The notes beneath the pieces were generated by a model that saw nothing but the letters and a program-made list of their open reading frames with translations, was not told where the DNA came from and did not search any database. The position numbers and the translations under genes were made by a program. From assembly GCF_009914755.1 (NCBI RefSeq), contig NC_060926.1: a stretch of DNA of 64,000 nucleotides; one strand, given 5' to 3'. Positions 30,201 to 47,014 of the stretch are shown in pieces (the stretch's first letter is position 1; each line of letters begins with the position of its first letter). This DNA is from the human T2T-CHM13v2.0 reference genome, Homo sapiens.

Positions 30201-31115
30201 GCGATTCTGCATCAATAAGGTCTCCAACACAGTCTGTGCTCTATTTGATGACAAATATCAGGGATTGTCAACCTTATTACCAAGAGTACACCAAATCACA
30301 GGGCTGAGCTCCTTTCCAGAACTTTTCCTATCTTGGGGAAAATAAAAATTTTCAAGGTGCTTGGTAAGGGTCAAGGATTCTCACAGATAAATAAAAACTA
30401 TTCAATAATAATTCTTAAAAAGAGGAAGAAAACAACATCTTACTCCAATTCAACCAAGGCCAAAGACTTCCATAGTATTTTATAAACAGAGCAATTTCCC
30501 TAATAGCATGTTTTTACCTTATGAAGTACTGAAGCTCAAAGAATCAAAGGAATGTACAAGAGTGGAATAAAATGACAAATGAAGATTACAAGCAAGATTT
30601 CATTAATCACAATTGACATCAAAATGGCACCTGAGAAAATTTATCTATTTGAATAAAAAGATGATATCCCAAATTCACTGATTATAGACCAGACTTAGAC
30701 AAGTAAGGCCTATAGTGTATATGTTTCCAGAACAACTGATCTTGCTACGCACAGTTTATATTTTGCAACTTGTGTTACTTCAGAAGAGTTCATTTAGTCT
30801 TTGTATTAGTTGAACAGAACTGTGATAACTGCCAATAATACAGGGTATACATTATTTACTTATCTATCATGTCCATGGTCAATATTTTGCTGGAATAGAA
30901 AATTTTTGGTAAAGTAGTTGAGTTTTTATAAAGCATTTGTTCAGGCCCAGAGCATTAATAAAAAACTTTTTGTGTGTGTGTTTAGAGAAAATAATATCTA
31001 ATCTGCATTTTACGCTATCAGGAGTTTGAAAAAGTGTTTTATTTTAAGAGAGTGGAAAAATTATTACATATACCAAACTATGTCTATTTATTCACACAAT
31101 CAGTGAAAAAGTTAA

Positions 31116-31410
<295 letters not shown>

Positions 31411-31943
31411 ATCTTTTCTTAATTTTATAATGCAAAATACCTGCTTTAACTCCTTCACAGAATATACTAATAATCATAAAATCAATAATTCAGCCCCCAG
31501 TAAGTACATAGAAAAATATCTAATAATTTAATTCTTTTTAATTAATATTAACATTTTAGTAACATTATTCTTAAAGTAGTATTATTAACAAACAGACACT
31601 TAACCTCTATGCCAAAGCTAAATATGATAAAATATACCCAGAATAATGACTATCTTTATAGAATAAAAAGTTCAAGCTTCTTTAAGTATTTGGGAAAAGG
31701 TGAGATAGGTAAAAAATAAATTGAAATGCTTAATGAAAAAAATTGAAATAGTAAGGATTTACTTATCAGAATTTTCTGAGACTAGTGGCATCTTGGAAAA
31801 CTTGAATAATTCAGAAGAAAAGCAGAAATACTACATCAGCACATTGCCGTGTAACTTCCCTGTTGGCTAGAAGTGGCTTGGAAAATGACTGTGGAATATT
31901 GCAAACTTGCATGGTGATGCCAATTGCAACTACTCACCTGGAA

Positions 31944-32107
31944 CAGGAGTTGGCAACCTACAGCCTATGGAGTGTTTTAGGATGGTCCAAGAACTAAGAG
32001 TGCTTTTTACATTTTTCTTGTCCTATTAAAAGCAAACAAGAAGACTACGTAGCCTAAAGTCTAAGCTATTTATATCTAACCCTTTACAGAAAAAACTTAA
32101 TGATCCT
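31944..32107. mobile_element. MER58-like hAT-Charlie element
   Basis: Ends 'caggagttggcaacctacagcc' and 'ccctttacagaaaaaacttaatgatcct'. Confidence 0.65.
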
Positions 32108-32249
32108 ATCCTGAAAAAAAAAAATGCTTTCATTTTAATTCTTATCAACAATGATAACTTTAAACCATTTTGATGCGGCAGTGACAGCATCTTCACTGTT
32201 TTACCACCTGCTCTTAGACATATTAATAATACAGGATCAAGGGATCTCT

Positions 32250-35213
<2,964 letters not shown>

Positions 35214-35690
35214 ATGTAGAAAGTTTTAATATGTGGACCATGCTGGAATAGTCTCCATTTGTCCCTACAAATCCACATGCCAGACTGCTTTGTGACTTTG
35301 GATGTCAATCTTCATGGACTACACAAACTAGGTTACCGTCTCCTCTAATTTCTGGTTGGTTCTGTCCAGAGGGAAAGCAGAGGAAAGAGGGAACTACAGC
35401 AATCAGAGGAGAGATAATTCTGGAAATTTATACTTTTGGCTTTATCCCTGCTAGGCTGCCAGTTATCATTATCATTGGCCATAGCTCCTGTTAGACAGCT
35501 TTTTTCCTACAGCTACTGGTCTCGCCAGTGTCTGATAACTACTAGCGCCCCTTGCATCTACAGGTCTAGTGCAGGTAGACCTAGAAACCAACTGTTTCTC
35601 AATTCATTGTTCTTTTTAACTCTGCCCACACATTTATAACAAATTATTTTATTAAAATTTCCTCATTTACCCCTCCTATAGGTGTCACCA
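35214..35690 (+). mobile_element. ERVL 3' LTR (LTR33/LTR16-like)
   Basis: 'ccatttgtccctacaaatccac...ctcctctaatttctggttggtt...ctctgcccacacatttataac...ttattaaa', directly after the ERVL internal sequence. Confidence 0.55.
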
Positions 35691-37374
35691 CCTTGGTTAG
35701 TTTCTTTACGAAAACCTAACTGATTTTGTGATGCATTTTACAAATGTATATCTACTTGGGTATTTGCTTATTAATGTTTTGGTTGCATTTGATATACTTA
35801 TTTTAAAATGCTTTTAATGTAGTTGCATCAAACATCTTTTTTCTTGTAATTTCAATCTTTGTTTTAATGCTTAAAATAGCCATTTCAGCCAAATATTATT
35901 TACATATTCATCTATATTTATTTTAGTACACTTGTAGTTTTATTTTTAAATAAATCTTTAATGCAATTGAAAATATGCATATGAGATAATATTATAAGGT
36001 AGATACATGAGTTTTCTTTTTTTCTTCCAAGCACAATCAGATCTAGGTTATCAGATGGGCAATTCTCTCCTGATATGAAATACCCTTTTTATAATTCATT
36101 AAATTATTATGATTTAGATGCGTTAGCTTCTCCCTAGGGCTATTTAAAGAATCAAGTACCATAGTAGATTTAAAATATTAAATAAATAACAATTATTATT
36201 ACTCAAGAATGCTTAACTCATTAAATAGATTGAAGATGGGTTTCCAAAATGTTATATGAGCCATCTACCCTTTTGGAGCAAGTGAATATGTACGTGATCC
36301 CTGACAAATTATTTTCTGTTTATTTAACTTAGCAATTCTGTTCAAATTTAACTAGTGTTCAGCACTTGGATTTTCATTTTGCACACTAGATGTATGCATT
36401 TCTGGAATAATTGAATAGTGTCTTACAACCTGAAAAAAATAAACATAAGCAGCACATGTTCATTGAAGGATTGCAGACAGCACGTAGTCCGTGGATTAGC
36501 TTGATTCAAAATGAAGCTTTAATTAGAATATATATTAGAACCAAACTTATAAAGCAGAGTAGGACCTGGAGTGGAGCCTGGACTCATTACTTACAGTCTA
36601 AATGGCAGCATTATCATACATCCTTCAGGAAGAACTTAGTCTTTATAATAGAAACAAAGCAATACCTGAGCTTCTGAACAAGATTTCTCTACACAAAGAA
36701 ATATGTGTGAAACAATAAAAACCTGGAAAGCAATCTAGAGTGTGGTTGAATAAGCTATAGAAATTGCTATGAACTAAAATAAGTGAGGAGCAAAATATGG
36801 ATTGAGTAATAAGAAAATTTGCCTAAAGCCACATGTCGGAGATAGTCTATCTAATTTACAACTTCTTTGCTCTAGTGACAAGTGGTTGACTGCTTTTTGG
36901 TTTTTATGTGTGCGTTTTTGGTTATAAAGTATAGCATTACAAGAAAAGTTATTTCCCTGTAATATCTCAAGTTATTCCCTAGAGAACAGATTTTTTTAAA
37001 CAAAATGTACTCTGACCCAAAAACATTTGTATTCTAAAAGGGAGTTTCATGGGCACTGTCTGTCAGCATGCTCACTGTGTTTTGTTCTTTAAGAAGACAT
37101 TAGTATACTCCAAACTTATCCAGATTGAGTAGGATAGATATAAATAAATTTCACTTATATATCATAAATGGGATTATAAAATTCATCAGTAAAATAATGA
37201 TCTGGCAAAATATTTACTTTAGAAAACTATTAATAAGTCCTTACATATTTGGAATATAACAAATGATTAGAATAAACTGATAGCTCTTTTCTGGGGCAAA
37301 TTTCATTCCTATAGTTTCAAGAAGAGTTGAAAACTTAAAGGAATAAAATTGTTTTTAATATTTCAAAACATATA

Positions 37375-37786
37375 TATTAGTCAGGCTTTAAAAATAATGT
37401 ATAATAAGAACCCTAATATCTCAGTAGCTTAAAATACCAGACATTTATTTTACACTCACGTGTCTGCTATTTGGCTGCAATTCAACAGATTTTGTCTGAG
37501 CTTGGATATGCTGGATGATATTACATTTGGGTTCAGATCTGCTTTGCATGCAGTCATTCTAGAAAACAACTGGAAGGAGTAATGAACGCCTGGGGCATGT
37601 TCTTCCATTGCAAATCCTTCCAAAATCCCAGCTCAGAACTAGCCTTCTGACACTGTTGCCCACAACCCAGCTGGCCACAGCCAGTCATATAGCCAAATTT
37701 TTTGCCTATGAACTGGAGAAGTACGCTTTGGCCATGCAGAGGAGTAGGCAGTTAATATGTGATGAGGAGTAACCTAACCTACCACA
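37375..37786 (-). mobile_element. Old MaLR LTR (MLT1J/K-like)
   Basis: 'aatatctcagtagcttaaaata...catttattttacactcac...aacctaccaca'. Confidence 0.6.
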
Positions 37787-38754
37787 ATGAGAATGAGCTG
37801 GTTTATGAGCTAGTTCAAATCTTCTACTAGAAGATAAAATGAGAGATTCCACTCCAATGATCGATATTCAACAAGTCTGAGAGGAAATTACACCCTATTA
37901 GACATTTTGTCTATTCAAAGACTTACACTTTGAGTGCAGAAAACAACATTATATCATATAGTCATCTCTTCTATTGGACAGGAGGTCTTGGGAATGTAAA
38001 GCGAAATTTATGATAGTAAAGGCAGTGTCAAATTAATGTGCAATATTCTTCTTAATTATCAGATTATTTGGCAAACTTTCCATTTAATGCAAGATGAATA
38101 AAAGTGTAGAGATTACCATACCTTCTTTAGTTATGAATCCAAAACTCCTTTTCATCAAAGTCTTTTAAAAGATAAGAAAAATGATACCTATATTATGGTG
38201 TTTGTTAATTCAAGTTTACTTGACTGCATAACTTTTCTGGTTTATAAATACAGTAATACAGCATATTTTTATTTTTCATTATAGAGATCAAATATTTGAC
38301 TATTCTGTATGTTACAAGTTCAATCAGTTTTTTTTATTGACATTAGCACAAGGTGATCTTATATTATTCAAGGTAAAATGGTGATTCCAAATTAAGAAAT
38401 GAGGTGATATTAAAGTTGTTTACTAACTTCTTTAGTCATAATTTATGTAAATTACCTCCTCAATAAAAACCACTAAAATATTTTTTATTTAGAAGAATGT
38501 TAATTCACCTTCTATACTGTGCTACTTGATTTTATTAATTGATATACTTCTTGTTGGATGATGTTATACTTAATCTTCCTTCAATATCCAGCTTATGTTC
38601 CACTTTCTCCATGAATTTTTTTTTAGATACGATGACCTACACTGATCTCATCTGTCTCTGACATCTCTTGGTTTTTGTAAATACTATTTTTTGTTGTTGT
38701 TGTTGTTCTCTGATGCTTATAATATCAGTTGTTCTTTCAAGTAGAAAAGCTTTG

Positions 38755-39135
38755 GTTATCTAGTGCTGCCTAAGAAATCCCAAACTTCTAGCAAAAACAG
38801 TAACTATTGTTTATTTTTCTTATCTCTCCTCATTCTGTGGTGACTAACCTTATCTAGGTGGTTGTCTCATATGGTCTTTCATGAAGTTGCAGTCTGACAG
38901 CATCTGGGCTGGAGTCATCTCAAAAGCCACCTCAGTCAAGTTTCTGTAGGCTGATGCTTGCTATGAGCTAGAACCTCACTGGGAGCTCTCAGCCAAAACA
39001 CCTACACATGGTTTCTTCATATGACTGAAACTTCCACACATTATGGCACCTGGATTCTAAGAGTGAGTATCTTATGAAAGCAAATTTTGCATGGAAGCTA
39101 TGCTACATTTGTGACCCAGCCTCAGAAGTCATTGA
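38755..39135 (-). mobile_element. Old MaLR LTR (MLT1G/H-like)
   Basis: 'gggctggagtcatctcaa...aaaacacctacacatgg...ccagcctcagaagtca'. Confidence 0.6.
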
Positions 39136-39361
39136 GCTAGACCTGATTTTAAAATGACATTCTAACCTCATCTCCCTGCCCCATACCCCCCAACATCTAC
39201 TCCATGCCCCACTATCAAAACTAGGCTGGACAAATAAATTTTTATTAACAGATAAACGGAGTCAATGTTTTGATTCCTGTAATTATCGTTACCTAACATT
39301 CGTGATACTATTCAATGTCTATAATTTCCCACACTTAACATTTTTATTTATTTCGTTTAAC

Positions 39362-39658
<297 letters not shown>

Positions 39659-40244
39659 TAAATTAATAAAGAAATATTATAAAATGGCATTTAGATAGAC
39701 ATTTGACTTTACTTAGCTTTCATAATTTAAAAGGAGAAGTTATTAAAAAGCAGTGTTTAATCTCATTATAAACCAGATATCAGGCACATTATTAACAAGG
39801 TTGTATTAAACTTGTCAGAATATAGCAAAATGCTGTACTCCAATCTATACCTTGGGATAAGATTTAATATTCAGAATAATCAAATTTACTGGAAAAACTA
39901 AGGACTTTTGTTTTACTGTAGTTCAAGTAATTGGTTTTAAAATAATAAGTAGATATTTTAATTTAGACTACTTGTTAATATAATATACTTTCCATCATGT
40001 TCAAGGTGCTCACACAGTGACAGGTAAGTTCCTCACAGGTGTAGGGCCCCGGTAGAGAGAGAGAATGGGGACTGAAATTCAGCCTGAATTCTATTTGTCA
40101 AGTCATATGGGTTTGGTATCAGGCTGCCCGCAGTATGTGAGATGCTCTTTCAAACTTGCACAAAATTGATGCCATATTTGTTAGCACAGTCCCTGGTTAT
40201 GAGGCATCATGTTATAGAGATTTCCTTCAAAGGAAAGGAGAACA

Positions 40245-40475
40245 GGATGTTGTAATAGAAAGGCTACTATAGTATTGGCATAAGAAAACAGATGAGGTTT
40301 GAATTCTGACCACTTATTATGACTTTGAAAGAGTGGTGCAACTTCTCTGAATCTCAGTTTCTTCATATATAGAATGGAAATATCAAATATTATCATTTAG
40401 AGTTGATTGGAGGAATAGAGCAAATATATCAGAAGCATAAAACAGTGTCTAGTGGAGGAGAAATTACTTAAATAG
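40245..40475 (+). mobile_element. MIR
   Basis: 'ggtttgaattctgaccactta...ttctctgaatctcagtttcttcatatatagaatgg'. Confidence 0.65.
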
Positions 40476-41254
40476 CACCTATCATAAATTCTAAGAAGTG
40501 CTGTCTTAGGGTTTTAATTCCTGGTTCTGTGATCTTTGATGGATACAGAGCTCTTCAAATCTATTTCAGGTACATAATTATACAACTCACTGGTTAAAGT
40601 CACAGTAGGAATAGTAAAGAAAGCAGTGTGTTATAATTCAGTTCAGGAAAAACAATCCTGAATAAAATATTCCTCACTATATGCATAAAAACTGATCCAC
40701 TTGCATTTTCAAAAATTTAGTTTCTAATTTTCTACATAGTTCTCAAAATACAACCCCGTGACATAGAAGACATTATCTTTATAAGATCACATCCTGGGAT
40801 AACCTCCTTCAGGCAAGAGCCATCACCCAGTGGTAAGACCCAACCCATTTAGACTCTGGCTCAATTCCAACTTTTAATAAGCCATACGTTGCTACAAATG
40901 AAATAGATTCATCAGAACAGATAAGATTCATAATTAAAAATAAAGATGAAGTTAAAAAACAATAACAGAGAGAAGGTGTATGCTTCTACTGCACAGGTTA
41001 AGAAAAAGTGTGTGTTTAGAACATAAATCTGATTGAATTATTGCTTCTTTCGATATGTACCTCTAATTATCCTGTTGTACCCCTGTTAGCTTCAAATCTT
41101 AAATAATTAATCGGAAGTACTCCAGAGCAAGAAATGACATGGCTGTTTGCTAATAAACAAGAGGTGATTTGAAATATTCTTCAGGCAAATTACAAGTATG
41201 TTTAATAGATCACTTTAATAGCGGCACAATATAACCAAAAAAAAATCTGAAATA

Positions 41255-41690
41255 CTTAGCAAGGTTCATAAGGCTCTGTCTTGTGTCTCCTAGCTCATCT
41301 TGCATGAATATTTCTTTACTGATTATGCTCTAGACGAGCCAATTTTTGGGATCCTCAAAAAATGTAGCCTTGAGACATTTGTACAAGCTGTTCCCTGATT
41401 CACTAATGTTCTTCCTCCTGCATGTTGCATATATTATGTGTCAGCTTAAATCTCCATTCATGCAGAAGCCTTCCCTGACCATCCACAGGATTAACTATCT
41501 CAGCCATTGTGTGCTTTGTCACAATTTTCACTGCGAATGCAAATCCATGTAATTTTTTTTTTGTTTACTTGTGTATTCCCATGATTCTTCCCACTAGAAT
41601 ACAAGCCGTATTTGTTATCTTGGTTTGTCCAATGCCAGGCAAATAGAAGTTCCCCCGATAAAGGTTTGTTAAATGAATAAGTAAGTGAAT
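41255..41690 (+). mobile_element. L2 3' end
   Basis: 'gaagccttccctgacca...ccactagaatacaagc...tttgttaaatgaataagtaagtgaat'. Confidence 0.65.
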
Positions 41691-42782
41691 TAGAAGATAA
41701 AACTATAAAACATTTGATTAGTTCCAAATTAATACAAACAAGGGTCTGGAGAAAATCTTTACAAATAAATATAGCATTCATATGGAAAAAAGGATAAAAA
41801 TAGACATTAATAAAAGAAATAAGGAGGCATTGTCTCATAAAAGAAAATAAAGAAATAAAACACCATGTAACCAATTATATAGACTCACAGCTTCTCATTA
41901 CATTGCTGTTTACAGTAATAAAAAATAAAAATTTACTTAATGGCTAATTTTATCTGTAAAAAGTTAATTGCAAACAGTCATGCCTCATCGTTAAAAATGG
42001 CTGTAGATTTGGACTTTCTATGAAGGAGCGTTGTTCAAGACATTTCTAACAGAATATCTAGAGTATGATCACTGTATGTCATAATTCTATAGCAAGGATT
42101 GAGAGTAGGAAGCTGACAAAAAACTTTCTAAAATGTTTGAGCAATGGAATTACAGGGGATTTTTCTATTCTTTATTGATTTTGCTTGCTCATATTTTCTA
42201 GCATTTTTTTATGAAAATTACGAGGGAGGAAAAAAGCTTATTTTAGCCATGTATGCATTTGCACATATCTCTTTTTTGCCACCAATTTTTTTCTGTGCAA
42301 TTCAATCTCATTATCCATGTGTCTTCTCTTGACAGACATTTTACCAAGTATACTGAGACAGCATTTACCCTCAAAGATCTCATAGTCATATTGAAGATAA
42401 AGCTATATAAAAGAATAATTATACTCATTTTCGTGCATGTGATAAATCTAAGAAATGTGATACAGAGGTAGCAGAGAGAAGGGAGTCTCCCTTGGAGAAA
42501 AGTGCTCAGTTTCTCAATATTTTTATTTATTTATTTTAACTCACAAATAAAAATTGTATATCTTTATAACCTTGGAATCTAGCCTTTTGTCCTGACAGGA
42601 AAGCCACTCATGCTTCTTATATAATGCAACTTAAAAATCTTCAACAGGAAGAGGTTAGAAGCCTTGATATTTAAGATACTGGATCCTAAGGCACTATTCC
42701 AGAATGCAGGGGGCAGTAGAGGCCACATACCTTTTAGTGAGTATCCCCATAAATAGCTATGATATTCACCCCCTTCAAACTT

Positions 42783-42935
42783 TTGAATTTCAGATGAATG
42801 ATAAATAATTTTTGTACCATAAGTATGTCCAGATGTTACATGGACATAATTATGCTAAGTAATTGTGTGTTATTTATCTGAAATTCAAATGTAACAGGAT
42901 GTCTTGTGCTTTTACGTGCTAAAAATGACAACTAC
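42783..42935. mobile_element. MER53 palindromic DNA-transposon MITE (partial)
   Basis: Arms TTGAATTTCAGAT...ATCTGAAATTCAA and 'taagtatgtcc...ggacataatta'; end 'tgctaaaaatgacaac'. Confidence 0.75.
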
Positions 42936-43978
42936 ACCTACTTTATTAGCCTTGTCGAGGAAATGGAGTCTGGAAGATACTGGAGATCCCTCTTTGACAA
43001 AGCAGAGTTGCCTGCCTTACTCTCCTTCTCATATCACATCCACCTAAAAAAATTTAAGTAAGAATGTTAGCCCACTTCCAACCCCTACTGTTAGGCTCTG
43101 GCAGAGACTGGAGCCAATAACAGTATGCCCTAATCCATGTGCAAGTTATGGAAGTTACAGTAGAGTTTTAAAGTATAAACAAGCTGGAAATCCCAGAAGC
43201 AGAAAGAGCAAACAGTACTACTGACAGAAAGACTTAACTTAGAATGAAAGCTAATCGTGCTCCATTTATTTTTATTATAATTATAGTTCTGCACATATTT
43301 TCATTTGAAAAAAATGGGCAAGTGTCCCTTCATGTTACTGTGGAGTTTACTATCAAGATATTATCTTAATCTCCTAAAATGTAATCTTAAGTGCAATACA
43401 TGTGATAACCACAAAGCCTGTAAATTATGCCTATTATAGGAAATTGAATTTGCTCATGTAAACTTGAAATGAGCTCACTAGGCTTTGCAGAAATCAACTT
43501 AGTATTCCAAAAATGAACTTACCAGCACCACCCCCATTCTTTATACACAGTGTGGCTCCTTTTTTACTCAGAAAGCATTTAAATCTTTGAGCTAACTTTC
43601 TCTTTTGAAGAACTGCTTGTAATATATGACATTTGAATTCTTACCTAATTCTTATCTACAGTACATTTTCCCACAGATTCAGACATAAAATGAAAAAAAA
43701 GGGGGATATTTCCTAAGGATAAGCAAATGATACCTATTTTATCTCCTGCTCCTCTCTCCTTCCATTTTCTCTGAATCCCTGGGAACAGAAATTGGCTTTT
43801 TCTTTTAGTTCTCCTAAGCCACGACTTCCTTCTACAGAAGAAATAGTATTGATGTCATACACAAAATGGGTACTTATCTACACTGTCTCAAACTATAACA
43901 TGGGGCTTTATTACTTGATCCTAGGTATCCTAAAATGGAAAGGGAAGAGAAAAAGGAATTTGGAAAAATCTATCCAAG

Positions 43979-44500
43979 ATATATATATATATATTTATTT
44001 ATTATATTATATATATTTAATATTATATATTTATTATATTATATATTTAATATTATATATTTAATATATTATATATTTAATATTATATATTTAATATATT
44101 ATATATTTAATATTATATATTTAATATATTATATATTTAATATTATATATATAATATATTATATATTTAATATTATATATATAATATTATATATATAATA
44201 TTATATATTTAATATTATATATATAATATTATATATATAATATATTATATATTTAGTATTATGTATTTAATATATTATATATTTAGTATTATGTATTTAA
44301 TATATTATTTATTTAGTATTATATATTTAATATATTATTTATTTAGTATTATATATTTAATATATTATATATTTAATATATTATATATTTATTATATATT
44401 GTATATTTAATATATTATATATTTATTATATATTATATATAATTATATATTTAATATACTATATATTTATTATATATAATATACATTATATATATAATTT
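43979..44500. repeat. ~520-bp AT-only minisatellite / low-complexity tract
   Basis: The 30-nt unit ATATATTTAATATTATATATTTAATATATT and variants; almost no C or G. Confidence 0.95.
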
Positions 44501-45614
44501 ATTTCCCCCTCTCTCATTACTATATTTTTCTATACCTTCCTTCCTTAGTAAAACTTATTTCTTTTAACCTTAATTTTCTCCCAAAGTAATGGAGTAATGG
44601 CTATCTCAGGCAGGGAAAGGTCAATGTTACAAGCTCACAATGCTAAATAAGAAAATCCAGTAAAAATTTTAAAATATCATTCCTATTATATCATCAAGGA
44701 AAAGAGAAATGTGCTCATTTTTAAAGCTTTAAAGACAATATACAATTCCTAATAGTAGCATATCCATAGACTGTAAGCTTACACTACACTCATCCCCCTT
44801 GGACATTCTGTGGACTTAGAAAAAAATGTATTGCAAGCTGTCTTTCAGAACTTAACAATCTTATAAGTAGAGGGACTTTTGTATTCAATAATGTAAACAA
44901 TTTTTAGCTACTTTGAGAACCTGTGGTCTTATTCTGATGAATAAACTACCCAAAAGAAAGTTAAATTCTCAGAAGGGAAAACTGTAAAAGTAAAAGTTTT
45001 ACAGTGTTTCACTGAACAGCTGTACCAATTCTGAAACTTTTCTCAATATATTCAAATGAGGAACTCATTAACAAGGCAAAGAATTCTGGGAAGAATTCTG
45101 CTGTATAGTTAGAAGATAAGTGAATCTTAAAACAATTTCAAGAAACAATATACAATTAAACTGCCATATGTGTTCCCTCTGTATGAGTGATACATGATCC
45201 ATAATGAGGTAAGTGCCACAACATTTTCTAGACTTTTAATTTTTATTACAAAAGTCTTCCAGACATTCTGAGGGATGTTAAAATTAGTTGTTCTTTAAAA
45301 AACAAAACAAAAAAAACACTAATTTTCTTAAAAGTTTTTTTGTAGGCTTTGAGAAAAATGTTTATTTTAGACATTGAGGCATATACCATCAGTCACAATT
45401 AATTACTATAATATCTGTTGTCCCTTTTTAGGCTCAAGTAAAAAAAAAAAAGAAAGAATGACACTTTAATTGGTGAATCAGGTGAGTTAATTTAACCCAA
45501 ACATCTGAAAGTTGTTCCTAGATGATTTTTGGCTACAAGCAAAAGTGCCCTCTTGTAAACAGGATCTTGCTGTGTCTCTATCAACTCCACAGTGTTCCTA
45601 GATATGCACTGATT

Positions 45615-45980
45615 CTACAAATGTCTACTGAGTGCCTAGTTTGAGCCAGGAATATTTACAAAAACAAGGAATGAAGAAGTGAACAAATAGCAAAAATTCC
45701 TTATTTTCATGGAGTTCACAATCCGTGATATAGGTATCAGATAGGTGGGTATAGACAAACTGATAAATACATAAATTATCTGGGAACATTAAAGACAAAG
45801 AAAGATAGTGTTGTGGGTTGGGTGGGTGCTCTGGGTACAATTTTAAGTAAGATTTAAAAGGTAGGGGCTACACTGAGAAAGTGACTCGAAAAAAACACTG
45901 AAGAGTATGAGTGAACAGTCCACATAGATACATGAAGGAAGAATGTACTTGACAGAGGCTGTAGCCAGTACAAAATCAAT
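45615..45980 (-). mobile_element. L2 fragment
   Basis: 'ctactgagtgccta...aagtgaacaaatag...catggagttcacaatc'. Confidence 0.55.
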
Positions 45981-45984
45981 GAGA

Positions 45985-46650
45985 TGGTGTGTACCAAATT
46001 TTGAAGAGGATGTGAAAAATTGGAGTTCTCATACATTTTGTGGAAACCTAAGCATTATAACCAGTTTGGCAAATGTCTTCCATTTCTTTATAACACTCAA
46101 TATATACTTATCCTATAGCTCACTGATTCTAGTCCAAAATATTTACCAAGAGAAAGAAAAACATATGTCTGCTAAAAGATTAGTACACAAATGTTCAAAG
46201 ATTTATTCATAGTAGCACAAAATTGGAGAAAACACATAGGTCCATCAACTGGTAAATGAATTTTAAAAATCTGTCGTATATTTATACAATGAAACACTAC
46301 ACAGCAATGAAAATGAATGAACTATTTATAAGTAAGTAAGATGAGCGAAATTGGAAAACTTTATACCGAGTATAAGAAGCCTTACAAAAATTATTTCATT
46401 TATTTGAAATTCCAGAAAAAGGAAACTAATCTGTGGGAGACTGAGGGGAATATCAGAGCAGGAGTTGCAGTTGGAAGAACGGGGGTACGGGTTGACTGGG
46501 AAAAGGTATTAGGAAACATTCTGTGGACAGTTTTATGTCTCAACAGGGGTTTAGTTTACATAATTGTATGCAATTTTCAAAATTCATGAAAAGACGTACT
46601 TAAATTTTTTGCATTTCTTTGTAGCTACATTTTACGTCAAAAGAAAAAAA
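45985..46650 (+). mobile_element. L1ME-type 3' region
   Basis: 'gaggatgtgaaaaattggagttctcatac...atttaccaagag...acactacacagcaatgaaaatgaatgaacta'. Confidence 0.65.
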
Positions 46651-46760
46651 TTAAATTCTAATGAAATTTAGAATGCAATGTCTAGTTAATGATATTCATG
46701 CTGAGTAGTGAAGAGTATTGTTGTCTGCAACGTGCTTTAAAGTATATACACATGCATGTA

Positions 46761-46922
46761 TACAGGCACCCACCACCATGCCCAGCCAATTTTCGTATTT
46801 TTAGTAGAGACAGGATTTCGCCATGTTGCCCAAGCTGGTCTTGAACTACTGACCTCAAGTGATCTGCCCGCCTCAGCCTCCCAAAGTGCTGGGATTACAG
46901 GCGTGAGCCACCACACCTGGCC
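46761..46922 (-). mobile_element. Partial AluS (left monomer plus start of right)
   Basis: 'tacaggcacccaccaccatgcccagc...gcgtgagccaccacacctggcc'. Confidence 0.85.
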
Positions 46923-47014
46923 GACTCTGTGAGGTGATTTCTATAAAGTTATTTGAGAATTTCTGAAGTTCATTCTATGAAGTCATTTCTCATTGGAGCT
47001 TTAGTCTGTTTATT

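Noticed and set aside
40006-40029. 18-nt micro-exon candidate ending CAG|GTAAGT
   Set aside because: The donor is strong, but the AAG acceptor and pyrimidine tract are weak. Expected by chance in 64 kb.
43792-44198. Tyr/Ile-rich ORFs
   Set aside because: Read-through of the AT minisatellite.
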